DNA of 64,000 nt from Octopus sinensis (taxonomy: Eukaryota): the NCBI RefSeq assembly GCF_006345805.1, contig NC_042999.1, positions 154,380,001-154,444,000 on the forward strand, in the 5' to 3' direction. The notes under the pieces are model-generated. The model did no database searches. It saw only the letters and a program-made list of their open reading frames with translations, and was not told where the DNA came from. Below, in pieces: positions 36,875 through 49,399 of this stretch; positions within the stretch are counted from its first letter, which is position 1, and the number at the start of each line of letters is the position of its first letter. Made by a program: the position numbers and the translations under genes.

Positions 36875-37065
36875 CTTTTTACTTGTTTGACTGCGGCCAT
36901 GCTGGGGCACCACCTTGAAGAATTTTATCCACTGAATCGGACCCAGTATTTTGTTTTGTTTATGACTGGTATTTATCCTAACGTTCTCCTTTTGCCTAAT
37001 CGCTAGATTACAGGGACGTAAACATACCAACACCGTTTGTCAAGCGGTGGTGGGGAACAGACATA
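36875..37065 (-). mobile_element. SINE S2 tail half
   Basis: TTGACTGCGGCCATGCTGGGGCACCACC..TTGTCAAGCGGTGG. Confidence 0.8.
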
Positions 37066-37079
37066 TACATGTACATGCG

Positions 37080-37127
<48 letters not shown>

Positions 37128-37429
37128 ACACACACACACACTCGTTTGTTACTGTTCTTATTCTAACTTATGCCCATTGTCAGGAAATCTTTCGTCACAC
37201 ATCTGTGACCTCTCCAGCGACACTTTCCGTTCTCGTGTATGCTCTTGCTGCGCTCAGTCCATTCTGTTTTTCTATGATGTGTATCCTGCATCACGGAATT
37301 CTGTCAATGAACAGGTCGCGGTTCCAAAGCGATGAAAATATTTTGACAAATTAAATTTAAATGTTGAAGTGAATCTAACGGTTTTTGTGTGTTTTCAAAT
37401 GGCTTATAAACACCTTCCACGCTGCAATT

Positions 37430-37456
<27 letters not shown>

Positions 37457-37460
<4 letters not shown>

Positions 37461-37656
37461 CTTTATTTAAAAGCATCAGAAATATAACAAAAGCTGTTAC
37501 TCAGAGTTTCACGTTCCCGTTCGTCGGACGGGAACGTGAAACTCTGAGTAACAGCTTTTGCTATATTTCTGCTGCTTTTAAATAAAGTATATTACTCTAC
37601 CTCTGGTATTTGAGTTCTCTTTTTTCCACCTTGTTTCACATTTATGTGCTTACTCC

Positions 37657-37658
<2 letters not shown>
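37457..37658. mobile_element. Family B fold-back element: 64-bp arms, 7-nt loop at the hammerhead core, direct tail
   Basis: 37457-37520 mirrors 37528-37591 with 2 mismatches; minus strand 37527-37494 reads CCGACGA-ACG-GGAA-CGT-GAAA-CTCTGAG-TA-ACAG. Confidence 0.8.
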
Positions 37659-37709
<51 letters not shown>

Positions 37710-37919
37710 CTGTTTTGGAACGATGAATCTCGAAGCAGTTAAACCTAGAAATAATAACCTGTAAATATTGCATTTAAAAATTATACAGTCTGAATATTTC
37801 TACGCTATTATTTCTAGCTCTATCTTCGTAAAAAATCTTATTTCACTTACTCGAAGTTTCTAAATTCTTGTGGGGTGGGGGCGTGTGTGCGCCTGTGTGT
37901 GTTCGTGTATGTGTTTGTC

Positions 37920-37952
<33 letters not shown>

Positions 37953-38071
37953 CTGTCTGTCTCTGTGTCTGTGTCTGTGTTTGTCCCTCACCACCGCTTG
38001 ACAACCGGTGTTGGTGTGTTTACACACACATATATAGTTGATATAGTCGTCAGAAAAAATAAGTTCTGGTG

Positions 38072-38300
38072 AAAGGCGGCGAGCTGGCAGAATCGTTAGC
38101 ACGCCGGGCGAAATTCTTAGCAGCATTTCGTCTGCCGCTACGTTCTGAGTTCAAATTCCGCCGAGGTCGACTTTGCCTTTCATCCTTTCGGGGTCGATTA
38201 AATAAATACCAGTTACGCACCGGGGTCGATGTAATCGACTTAATCCCTTTGTTTGTCGCCTCTACGTTTAGCCTCTTTTAGGCAATAAAGAAATAAGAAA
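38072..38300 (+). mobile_element. SINE S1, consensus-like
   Basis: AAGGCGGCGAGCTGGCAGAATCGTTAGCACGCCGGGCG..GTTCAAATTCCGCCGAGG. Confidence 0.93.
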
Positions 38301-39339
38301 AAATAGGTTCTGGTATCGATTCATTCGACTAAAAATTCTGCAAGGTGGCACCTCAGCAAGGCCTGGGTCTTATGACTGAAGCAAGCAAAAGATAAAAGAT
38401 ATGTGTAAGTATGTATGTGTGTGTGTGTAAATCCACACACTAAATGCGATCAGTTACATCAGAGGGATGATGCTTCAAAGATCTACTCGAATTACGAAGC
38501 GTATTTCTCCTCCTTTCATCCAACACTAAAATATCAAACCAACTCAACTGAACAGAGATGCAGATATTAAACAGACGTTCTACTTAGTCTTTTGCTGATT
38601 TTGTATTCTCTCTTTCCGCTATTCCACGAAAGAAAAAAAAACCAAAAATAAAATAAAGTAAAATGTCCTAAAATTTTCATCAAACACATCACAAAGTTAA
38701 ATTCTTCGAGCATTTACATCACAAATCGATCCAGCTTTTAAATAAAACATACCCTATATTATTTCGCTAATAATAGAATTATAGATCAAATAGCTTTCTC
38801 TTCAGAAAAATAAGCATTCAGGTCTTAAATTAGCATAGAATTACATCTCTAGAATTTGTTGTCTTCTGTCAAAAACAACCCCATCTTAAATTAACATATT
38901 TTCTTCTCTATTATTATTCGCATTAGCATTTTCCTGTCTAACTTTTCCTTCTTTCTATCGTTTTTGTTTTAATCAGCCATTTGCTTCTCTTTCTTATCGA
39001 TTTTGTCGTTTAATATATCGATATACTTTTTACCTTTTTGAGTTAGTTGTCGTCTTACGTTAGTTGTTTTATAGTATAAGCCTTGGTTTTTACCGCAGAT
39101 ACTTTAGAAGTCAATGTCGGAATGTCAGTGCGTTTGTCTTTAAAATTAACTGGAATTCTCTTTATATCTGATGATATATTTTAATACGATAGCTATGCAG
39201 TTTGATGCTCCGATACTGCTAGACATTTTTGTAAAGCTATTTATATCTTCGGGTAGTGCGGTCGAGTCGGTCAATCTCCACTCGTATCCATTTCAGAATG
39301 GGTGTACTATAACGAACTACAACAGACCATATGTTTATT

Positions 39340-39530
39340 TCCTTATTTCCCACAGGGAGCTAAACATAGAGGGGACAAACAAGGACAGACAAAGGGATTA
39401 AATTGATTACATCAAACCCAGTGCGTAACTGGTACTTAATTTATCGACCCCGAAAGGATGAAAGGCAAAGTCGACCTCAGCGGATTTTGAACTCAGAACG
39501 TAACGGCAGACGAAATATCGTATATTGATG
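39340..39530 (-). mobile_element. SINE S1 body abutting the LINE
   Basis: Reverse complement of the S1 body. Confidence 0.85.
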
Positions 39531-39534
39531 GCAG

Positions 39535-41760
39535 TCACAATATTCTTTGCATTGAGTTTTGAATTCAAGAGAAATTTGAAACGCTTCAGATATGCAGCGG
39601 TGGCCTTGTCTTTCACTTCTCAGTGCAAGATATTGTCCAGCCCCAGAAACCCAAGGTACTTGTACCCACCATCAACTGCATCTCCTATTCGCTCTCCGTT
39701 TGGCAATTCTATGCCTCTGCAATCTGTTGTTTTCCCTCGTATTAAAATAAGCATCGCACACTTTGAGGTCTCGAATTCCATTCCTATATCCTTATTGCAC
39801 ATTTGTTCTGTCTCAACCAGCCTCTCCATTCCAGACTCTGTTTTTGCGAACAGTTTTAAATCATTCATAAACAGAAGGTGGTTGAGACGAGGTCCATTCT
39901 TCCTCAGCCCATAGTGCGCTTTGACTTTGCGTAGAACTACAGGGAGTGGGATCAAAGCTATAGCAAATAGCAAAAGTGAAGGATACCTTGCCTTGAAGAT
40001 ACCTCTTTTGATTGTTACCTAAGTGCTGGTTCTTACAGAAAAGGCATGTTTCCAACTGTTCTTAATCATGCACGCACATTCTCATCTACTCCATACATGC
40101 CAAGCGCTTCCAGGATCCACGAATGCAGCAACATATCGTAAGCCTTTTTAAAATCCATCCAGGCCATGCACAAGCTGTTTTGGTATCATTTGCAATTCTT
40201 CATTACAACCTTGTCTATCACAAGGTGGTCTTTGGCGCCCTTATATCTTTCCGGCATCCATTTTGTTCTACTTGAAGTAGATTATTTTCCGCAAGCAAAC
40301 GTATATATCTTCCCTGCCAGGATGCCTGTTAACACTTTCATTAAAGGTTAAGACAAGCAATTGCCAACCTCATCACTCTCTGACCGCTGTCTTATCAAGA
40401 ATGTTGTCTTTATCTTTACCATCCATTTCGGAATCGCACTATTCTGTAAGCAGTCGTGTAATTTCAAACCAATTCGTCCGTGTCTTGACCTAAATCACTT
40501 CAGGCAGAAGCCTCAAGTTTCATCTTGTCTTGCTGTTCTCCATTTTGGCAGTTTCGATTCCTGTGAAATTACATCGTCCATTGTTATGGACTCATGACCC
40601 TACTTGGGGCCTCAAGCTGCTGGAGTTCAGATCCTACGGACTGAAATCACCTAGTACTGTGGTTATGGATAACCTCTTGTTTCTAGATATTGTGTAAAAA
40701 TTGGCGGGTTTTCTCTGCTTTAAGAGGTATATTTTTTCTGCGTCTTTACCAAAGTTCTTATAAAAACTGCCCCTATTAATCTGAATAGTCTGTTTTGATG
40801 GAACTGTGATATGCGTTCAGTGTAATGTTGTACCTCCAATGCTTTTGCCTGAATACGGTTAGTGTTTCGAATGCAGTTTTCTCAAGGACGATGACAATTG
40901 CTTAATCAAAAATAAAATGAATAGCTCTAAATATGTTTATTCATCAAAACGCTCTCAAGCAAAATGTGTTCGAGATCACGTGCGAATAAGCATGAATGAA
41001 GAAAAATTGTAGGAATTACAACAAATGAAAAGAAAGTATTCTAACCGTAGAGAATTTCACGACACACCTGTATAACACCTGTTTAACGTCATCAGACAGC
41101 TGTATAATTTCACAAAACACTTGCATAATTTTACTACACATTGGTTCTATCTCTGCTCTTGTAATGATTATTTATTGGAGCCTTGTCATTAGGCCCTTCT
41201 ATACCCCAGTCATATCCTCTGATAATATAGGGTCCTCTACATTATACTGATTCCTTTCCCTCTCCTCTACTACACCTTCACCTTGCCTATCTATCTGCTG
41301 ACCTTCACCTACATTGACCTTCTCAAGGTTATCATTACTACAGACGCTTTCGCTAACTGTCTGTACTTGGGTTTCATTAAGAAAGCCTCTATTCCGAATC
41401 ATGAGCCCACTTTCAGTAATATGGAATATACATAGCCAGTTCCAAAGTTCTAGTTTTCTTTTTCCGACAACTTTACATTTACCGTTACTCTTGTCTAGTA
41501 AGGCTTGCTTATGACACTTAATTGCTTGTTTACATCAGAAGGCCACTTGAGTTTGCAAGCACAGCGTGTATTTTGACCTGTGAAAGAACCGCGACCAAAA
41601 GTAGTTTGGTCTTCTACTCCATTGCCCCCCGAAGGGGCCCTGTCGGACGCAGAGCTCCGGTGTCTTGGACATCCTTCGGAGTCTTTCAATCCGCGCTGTT
41701 ATCTGGATAGATATTAGTTTGTATCATTGCAACGAATGGAAGTGATTGTAGGCAGGGTTT
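39535..41760 (-). pseudogene. Decayed R4/Dong-type LINE (N-terminus through RT), split by an insertion at ~40875-41150
   Basis: LFAIALIPL..NHLLFMNDLKLFAK..DIGMEFETSKCA..YKYLG..KSKLN-like region; upstream N-terminal remnants. Confidence 0.82.
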
Positions 41761-42242
41761 ACTCTCCGAGTGTGTTTAGTTGAGATTTTCATGTAAAGGG
41801 TCATTCTGTTTACAACAATAGCTCTAATTTGGTTCCCAGCCAAAACTTAAGGACGTCAAGTTCGCCTTGTCACTTGCTGTAGGATTCCCACAGACGCAGA
41901 GGTTGCACCGGCCTATGCAGGGTAGAGGTGGCACCAATTTCCTGAGCTAATCATGTGAAAAACCGAATGCAGAATTACATTATCCGATGTGTCCTTTCTC
42001 TTAGATGTTAGGTGCGAATTAAGAAAAAGATTTAACTTCGCTTTCTGACAAGCTGACTGAGTTCTCAGAGAATCCATTGCTAACTTTTTATCTCCTTCGG
42101 TGGATAAGCTCGGGGTACAAAAAATAAAAATCAAGTGTAATCACTATCACTATTATAAATCACTGTTATTATCCTTACTGTTAGTCTTGCTACCTTCTGT
42201 AGTCATGGTAACAGTGTTGTTGTTATCATCGTTGTTATTACT

Positions 42243-42903
42243 GTGAAGGCACATAGCTCTGTGAGCGTTGGGCTCACAACCATAAGGGCTGCGTGTTGCG
42301 TTCTTGAGCAAGCCACTTTATTTCACGTTGCCTCAGTTCACTCAGCTGTAGAAATTAATTGAGACGTCACTGGAGCCAAACTGTATCGGTCTTTGCCTTT
42401 CCCTTGGATAACATCGGTGGTATGACGAGGGAACGACTGCCGGCCTTCCATCAACAACCTTGCCCGGACTTGTGCCTCGGAGGGGAACTTTCTAGGTGCA
42501 ATCCCATGGTTATTCATGACCTAAGGGGATCTTTACCCTTGTATGTATGTATGTATGCATGCATGTGAAGTTGCATGGCTCTGTGGTTAGAGCGTCAGGA
42601 TCACAATCACGAGGGAGACAGTTTGATTCCCGGACCGGGTTGCGTGTTGTGTTCTTGAGCAAAGCACTTTATTTCACGTTGCTTCAGTTCACTCAGCTGT
42701 AGAAATGAGTTGCGACGTCACTGGTGCCAAGCTGTATCGGCCTTTGCCTTTCCCTTGGATAACACTGGTGGTGTGGAGAGGGGAGGCCGATATGCACGGG
42801 TGACTGCTGGTCTTCCACAAACAACTTTGCCCAGACTTGTGCCTCGAAGAGGAACTTTCTAGGTGCAATCCCATGGTCATTCATGGCCGAAGGGGATCTT
42901 TAC
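42243..42903 (+). mobile_element. Two tandem copies of CORE-like SINE family C2
   Basis: Both (42243-42540 and 42565-42903) have GTTCTTGAGCAAxxCACTTTATTTCACGTTGC..CTTGTGCCTCG..GGGGATCTTTACCCT. Confidence 0.85.
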
Positions 42904-43124
42904 CCTATTACTGTTATACTATATGTTATTGCTAATGTTGCTTCTATTGTTTTTGTCTTTGGCTGGACTACTTTCTGTAGCCACAGAAGAAAAAAGGTGG
43001 ACGGGATTAGCAAATTATGGTTGTCGTTGTTGTTATTGTGACTTCCTGTATTGTTGTGGTTATTTTTGTCTAAGTTATCTAATGTAGCCGTAGCAAAGGG
43101 ATTGGCATTTGCTTGCTTTACAGT

Positions 43125-43144
43125 TGCCTGTAAATAGTATAGTC

Positions 43145-43184
<40 letters not shown>

Positions 43185-43320
43185 CAGTAGTAGTAGTAAT
43201 ATTAGCATCATTAGCAGTAGCTGTAGTAGTAGCAGTAGTAGTAGTAGTAGCAGCAGTCGCAGTAGTTGTAGTAGCAGTAGTAGTAGTAGTAATAGTAGTA
43301 GCAGCAGCAGCATTAGTAGC
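43125..43320. repeat. (GTA)n/(GCA)n microsatellite
   Basis: Direct inspection. Confidence 0.95.
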
Positions 43321-44023
43321 CGTTTTCAAACTGAAAAATGTGTTTTACTGGTTGCTTAAATAGCAAAGGATTTTTTCTTACAAGTATACATACAAAAAAT
43401 ACACACAAAAAGGGGAAAGATTATTTTAAGAAAATGGAAATCGAACATGAAACACGGATCTACATAAAAAACACTCCATTCCCTTCTTACAGACCATCAT
43501 CAAAATGGAGACCAAACCAGAACTCCAGAAACGGATATCCACGGATCAATAAGTAAATATATATATGTTTACTTATGTTTCAAATAATTTTTAGTTGTTT
43601 GTACTTACCAAATCTAAACATTGATACTCAAATATTTTTCTCATAATCGAATCTAGAAAATTCCCTTCGGTTCTTTGATTTCTGAGAGTTTGGTAAAGTA
43701 ATTGGTTTTGCAATAACGCAATTAAGAAAATAAGACAAATTTTTATTACGTAGCTGATTTGCCCTAGGTCACTTCCGATCAAGTAGATTTACAATCAAAA
43801 CATTGACCATTCTGCATTTTTTTATTTTTTATTCTTACTCATATTTGGGTACAGGGATGGGTGTTTGGCTAAGAATTTACGCTTTTCATCAGGTGGTTTT
43901 AGGTTCAGTTCCACACCATAGCACCTTTGTCAAGTGTTCGCCCACTATCGCCCCTGACCGACCAATGCCAAGTGTATGAATTTAGTAGACTGAAACTTTG
44001 TGGAAACACAGCGATTACATGTT

Positions 44024-44054
<31 letters not shown>

Positions 44055-44434
44055 CTTTGTGTGTGTATGTGTCTTTGTGTGTGTATGTGTCTTTGTGTGA
44101 GTGTGTGTCCTTGTGTGTGTGTGCGTATGTGTGCGTGCGTATGTGTGCGTGCGTGTGTGTGGCTCAAAATTGTACAAAAAGCAAAATAGAAAGGATGGAT
44201 AAGAGAACAACACAGTGTATTAGTTTAACACTCAGGAAAAATGGAAGAAGTCATTGATATTTTGAGCCTAGCCTCTTCTACAGAAAGGAATGAGAAGAGA
44301 AAACAAATTGAGACGATAAAAAGGGGAGAAGAAAAATACGTAAACGTGTATGTATACACACGCACCCATACGTACACACACACACACACACACGCACGCA
44401 CACACACACAGACGCGCGCACACACACATATGTA

Positions 44435-45219
44435 CTGGTCTGATAAATAAGTATAGGGGCTGTTGCCATAATAACGAAGCTAAAGCACACAGAATGAAGT
44501 TCCCTTAACTCTGCTGGGCATGTGCTCTAAATTTTAATGCTCTAGCTCACTTCTGCTGTTTACAGCAATGCTTGGAAGGAAGGTGTGTAGCATGTGATCG
44601 TCGCATTGACCATGACGGAGAAGCTTGAGCAGAGAATCTGCATCAAATCTTGCCAAAAGCTTGGCGATACCTGCTCAGAGGCCTATGCAAAGTTTTAAAA
44701 AAGTTTTCATCGTTCTCGACACAATCATAGAACTCGTGTAATTGAACGAGTGTTGTTTTGGTTAACAGAAAGCAGTTTTGGCGCAAACTTGGCAGACACG
44801 CGCCTCATACTCAAATCTTCAGTGATAATGGACTGAACTGAACGGTAACTAATTTGCACATCCTCTGATAACTCACGGATGGTGATTCGACGATTTCCTC
44901 TCTCAGCTGCACGCATAGCTGCGATGTTTTTCTCAGTTCTGCTGGCTGCGGGTCTCCCAGAACGTTCGTCAATATCGACGACATTTTTCGGCCATCTTGG
45001 AAACGTCCGAACCACTCTTTATCATGGTCAATACGACGATCACACGTTACGCGAGTTCCTTCCGAGCTTTGCTGTAAACAGCGGAAGAGAGCTAGAATGT
45101 TAAAACTTTGTGCGCATTCACAACAGAGTTCATGGTCAATCTGTGTCCAGCGGCTTTACTCTGCGTGCTTTAGCTTCGTTACTATGGCAATAATTCGGAT
45201 ACTTATTGATCAGACCTCA
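44435..45219. mobile_element. Fold-back mariner derivative made of two transposase 5' ends
   Basis: TA-flanked TIRs (GGTCTGATxAATAAGTAT). Left arm: 5' UTR plus MTEKLEQRICIK. Right arm (minus): the same 5' UTR plus ..DERSGRP..RRITIREL..MRRVSAKF.PKLL. Confidence 0.85.
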
Positions 45220-45229
45220 TATATGCTTA

Positions 45230-45420
45230 TTTAGCCTACCGCTTGACACTTGCTGTCGGTCAGTTTACGTAGACATAACGTAGCAGTTCAACAAGGAGAC
45301 CGACAGAATATGTGCCAGACCGAAATTAATTACTGGGGTCGATTTGGTTGAGTACACTCTTCATTGCAGTGCCCCAGCATGGTCATAACCTAATGACGGC
45401 CAGAAGTAAAAACTAAAATA
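45230..45420 (+). mobile_element. SINE S2 tail half, diverged
   Basis: CGCTTGACAC..GGGGTCGATTTGG..CCCCAGCATGG. Confidence 0.7.
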
Positions 45421-45589
45421 TATAACCAGAGACTGTATTGCCTTATAGCCTTCTCTTTTGTAAGATAGTATGGTATGATTTGAGGGAAATTTGTATATCA
45501 AGGGGTCTGAGCGACCAGGTAAAGGTTTCCTCTTTAGCTCATGTTTTGCCCGTTGTACACCAATGTTTTTATTTTTAATATAGACAGAC

Positions 45590-45770
45590 TATAGGCGTAG
45601 GAGTTGCTGTGTGGTAAGTAGCTTGCTGACGAACCATATGGTTCCGGGTTCAGTCCTACTGCGTGGCACGTGGCACCTTGGCAAGTATCTTTTACTATAG
45701 CCTCGGGCTGCCTAAAGCCTTGTGAGTGGATTTGGTAGACGGAAACTGAAAGAAGCCAGTCTTATATATG

Positions 45771-45818
<48 letters not shown>

Positions 45819-46020
45819 TGTATGTGTGTGTATATGTTTGTGTGTCTATGTTTGTCGCCCCAACATCGCTTGACCACCGATGCTGGTCTGTTTACATCCC
45901 CATAACGTAGCGGCTCGGCAAAATACACCGATAGAATAAGTATCAGGCTTACAAAGAATAAGTCCTGAGGCCAATTTGCTCCAGCATGGCCACGGTCAAA
46001 TGACTAAAACAAATAAAAGA
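45590..46020 (+). mobile_element. SINE S2, full length
   Basis: ATAGGCGTAGGAG head, internal (TATG)n and tail. Confidence 0.9.
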
Positions 46021-46142
46021 CGACTCATATGTTATGCAAAAGCCATTTTGAGTTTTCAAATTACTTTGTTTTTTGGTGTTTTTCTTTCGTCGGGTTTAGC
46101 GGTTCTGAATTAGAAAACCTTTCTTCATTAGGAAACTGCATT

Positions 46143-46910
46143 AAGACGGCGAGCTAACAGAATCATCTGTACCCGAGTAAAAATGTTTAGTGACATTTTG
46201 TCCGTCTTTACGTTTTGAATTCAAATTCCGCCGGGAGTGATATTACCTATCATCCTTTCGCGGTCGATACAATAAGGCGGCGAGCTGGCAGAAACGTTAG
46301 CACGCCTGGCGAAATGCTTAGCTATATTTCGAGGTAGATTAAATAAGTACCAGTTACGCACTGGGATCGACTTAATTCGTTTGTCTGTCCATGTTTGTCC
46401 TTTTTGTGTTTAGCCCCGTGTGGGTAATAAAGAAATAGGCATTTCGTCTGCCGTTACGTTCTGAGTTCAAATTCCGCCGAGGTCGACTTTGCCTTTCATC
46501 CTTTCGGAGTCGATAAAATAAGTACCAGTTATGTACTGGAGTCGATGTAATCGACTTAATCCGTTTGTCTGTCCTTGTATGTCCTCTCTATGTTTAGCTC
46601 CTTGTGGGTAATAAAGAAATAAGAATAAGGACCAGCTGATGACTAGAGTCGATGAAATCGACTTAATCAGAAATTACTGGCTTTCTGTTAATTATGATTA
46701 TTATTAAGGTTGCAAGCTGGCAGTATCTTTAGCATGCCGGTCAAAATGCTCTGCAGCATTTCGTCCGTTTCTACATTCTGAGCTCAAATTCCACCGAGGC
46801 CGACTTTGCCTTTCGGGACCGATAAAATAAGTACCAGTTGTGCACTCGGCCAATGTAATTGACTATCACTTCTCCCGAAATTACTGGCCTTGTGCCAAAA
46901 TTAGAAACCA
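46143..46910 (+). mobile_element. SINE S1 cluster: younger dimer (46277-46622) nested in an older copy, plus a third copy at ~46705
   Basis: The older body is interrupted at AATAAG, which is repeated after the insert; three heads are visible. Confidence 0.85.
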
Positions 46911-47229
46911 ATATTAGGAAGCTGCATTGTTTGAGGCCAGTGCCTAGAATTTGAACCGTCATATATTAGCAATTAATTAGCGATTAATCAAAATAATTAG
47001 ATCATTAAGATTATGCATTGACTGCATCTGGATACGAATTCACGGTCTGTAAGCAAACGATTAGCGATTGGGATTACTATTCTTGTTGAAGATTTCAACC
47101 TATTTTCCACTCCATCGGTCACATACATGAAGAATATTAGCTATTAGGCTGACTATGTGCAAGCATGCATGCATGCCTGCATGCTTGTATGTATGTATGG
47201 ATGGATGGATGTATTATGTATGTATGAAT

Positions 47230-47940
47230 GTCAGTGTTCAGTTTTATTTCCAGATTTTTCGTCAATAGAGAAAGAACCGGCTTTTAACCTAGATTCAAGG
47301 CTCCTTCATTGAAATTTCAACATCAACAACAGGGTATTGTAGTTCCTCTGTACGTACGTACGTATGTATGTATGTATGTATGTATGTATGTATGTATGTA
47401 TGTATGTATGTATGTATGTATGTATGTATGTGTACAGATTTGTATGTTTTGCTGTGTGTATGTATTCTCATGCATATAGTTGCATATCTAGATATGCTCA
47501 TATATATTTAAATGATAAACTTCTGGAAAGTTTGCTCATATACATTTACATTATAAACTTCTGGAAAGTTTTACATATTTTTACAGTTCCAGTGATGGAT
47601 TGGATCAGTAGTCTTCAAATAAGCTTTCTCCTTTCTGGTTTTGAAAAGCCTAATTTCTCACGATTGGTATTTAGGCAGTGTGTTACATATCCCAGGGCCC
47701 CAATAATTATAGGTATACATCTGAACTTGTAATCTGGAAAGAGTGACAGCAGATTTCTCAATAGTTCAGCATAGGTGTTTTCTTTTTCACTGATCTTCAG
47801 CTTTATGTTAACATCCACTGGGAAGCCGTGCACAATTTCTCTTCTCTATCCCAAACCATTATATCAGGTCTGTTGTGCTTACATCTTATTGAGGTCTTCA
47901 CTGTGACATTCCACCAGTACTCCTTTTTATTATGAGCGGC
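47230..47940 (-). mobile_element. 5'-truncated RLE LINE end, TACA family (copy 3)
   Basis: KEYWWNV.VKTSIRCKHNRPDIMVWD..; IPIIIGALGYVTHCLNTN.EKLGFSKPE; flanked on both sides by TACA-type repeats. Confidence 0.9.
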
Positions 47941-48147
47941 TGTATGTATGTATGTATGTATGTATGTATGTATGTATGTATGTATGTATGTATTTATGTA
48001 TGTGTGTATGTATGTATGTATGTATGTATGTATGTATGTATGTATGTATGTATGTGTGTATGTATGTATGTATGTATGTATGTATGCATGCATGCATGTA
48101 AATGGATAGATAGATATAAGATATATGTATGTGTAGAAAGATAGATG

Positions 48148-48760
48148 TGAAGGTGCATGGCTCAGTGGTTAGGGCGTCGATCCACCGACCGACCGACTGA
48201 CTGACTACTTTAGCACCTAAAGAGATTCCTCGGAGTTACTCCCGTCGCCGTTTGCTCGCGCTTCTCGATTTCGTGCGCCGACCGAGAAATCGCTTCGGCC
48301 GTCCGCCTCTTGCCTCGTCGATAACACACGGACACACACACTCCTCCTCTCGGTCGTGACTGACTACTACTGAGACCGATCCACCGACCGACCGACTGCG
48401 GCCGTCCGCCTCATGCCGCTTCGTTGATAACACACGGATATACACTCGTACTCTCGGTCGTGGCCGACTACTACTGAGACCCACCGACCGACCGACTACT
48501 TTAGCGCTTAGAGAGTGAGGTTGTGAGTTCGATTCCCGGACCGGGCTGTGTGTGTTTGTGTGTCTGTGCTTGTACCCCAACATCGCTTGACAACTGATGC
48601 TGGTGTGTTTAAGTCCCCGTAACCTAGCGTTTCGGCAAAAGACACCGATAGAATAAGTACTAGGCTTACAAAGAATAAGTCCTGGAGTCAATTTGCACGA
48701 CTAAAGGCGGTGCTCCAGCATGACCACAGTCAAATGACTGAAACAAGTAAAAGAGTATTA
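48148..48760 (+). mobile_element. Chimeric SINE: tRNA-like head split by a 334-bp GC-rich insert, joined to an S2 tail
   Basis: A-box TGGCTCAGTGGTTAGG ends at 48180; B-box GTTCGATTCCC resumes at 48527; S2 tail from ~48560. Confidence 0.8.
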
Positions 48761-48807
48761 TTATTATTATTACTTTTATCATTATTATTATTATTATTAT
48801 TATTATT

Positions 48808-49325
48808 GAGTGAGAGAGCAGTGCATGCCATCAAAGTGACACTGGGGTAAAATATACGAAGCCCAATATACCCATCATGACTACCCGTCTGATAAGGGTA
48901 CACCAGGCACATGCATCACAACCATATGTGCGCGACATGGTGATCTCATATCAAGATAAACAGCACATGACCTTGCAGGTGGGGCCCAGTTAGAATTTTC
49001 TTCAGGTTGAGTAGCCCATCCTGCTCAAAAGGTCCCTGAATAAGGGTTGTTTAAGGATGTTGAAAGAACCACCCATGTTTCCAGAGGTGAATTATTCAAA
49101 CCCCAAAGAATCCCTCTCAACACATGTCTATGATGCTCCCCCACTACTTCTGCTCGTGATCAGAGATGCACATATCGTCAGCCACTAAGGGACATGCTCA
49201 ACTGGTTATGGTCAAACAATTGACAAGCAAATCTGTGGTATTGAGCAGAATATTTGCTGTAGCCCATCTTTTATACCAAGACAAAACAATGTACATGATA
49301 ACACTTCCAATCAGTTAAGATCAGA
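48808..49325. mobile_element. Non-coding ~520-bp element embedded in (ATT)n
   Basis: Complex sequence flanked by (ATT)n at 48757-48807 and 49326-49387; no ORF in the track. Confidence 0.55.
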
Positions 49326-49390
<65 letters not shown>

Positions 49391-49399
49391 CTATATTTA

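Noticed and set aside
46628-46670. CTGATGA..GAAA motif as a hammerhead
   Set aside because: It lies inside an S1 body (consensus ACCAGTTxxGCACTGGGGTCGATGTAATCGAC); stem II and stem I do not pair, so it is a chance mutation product.
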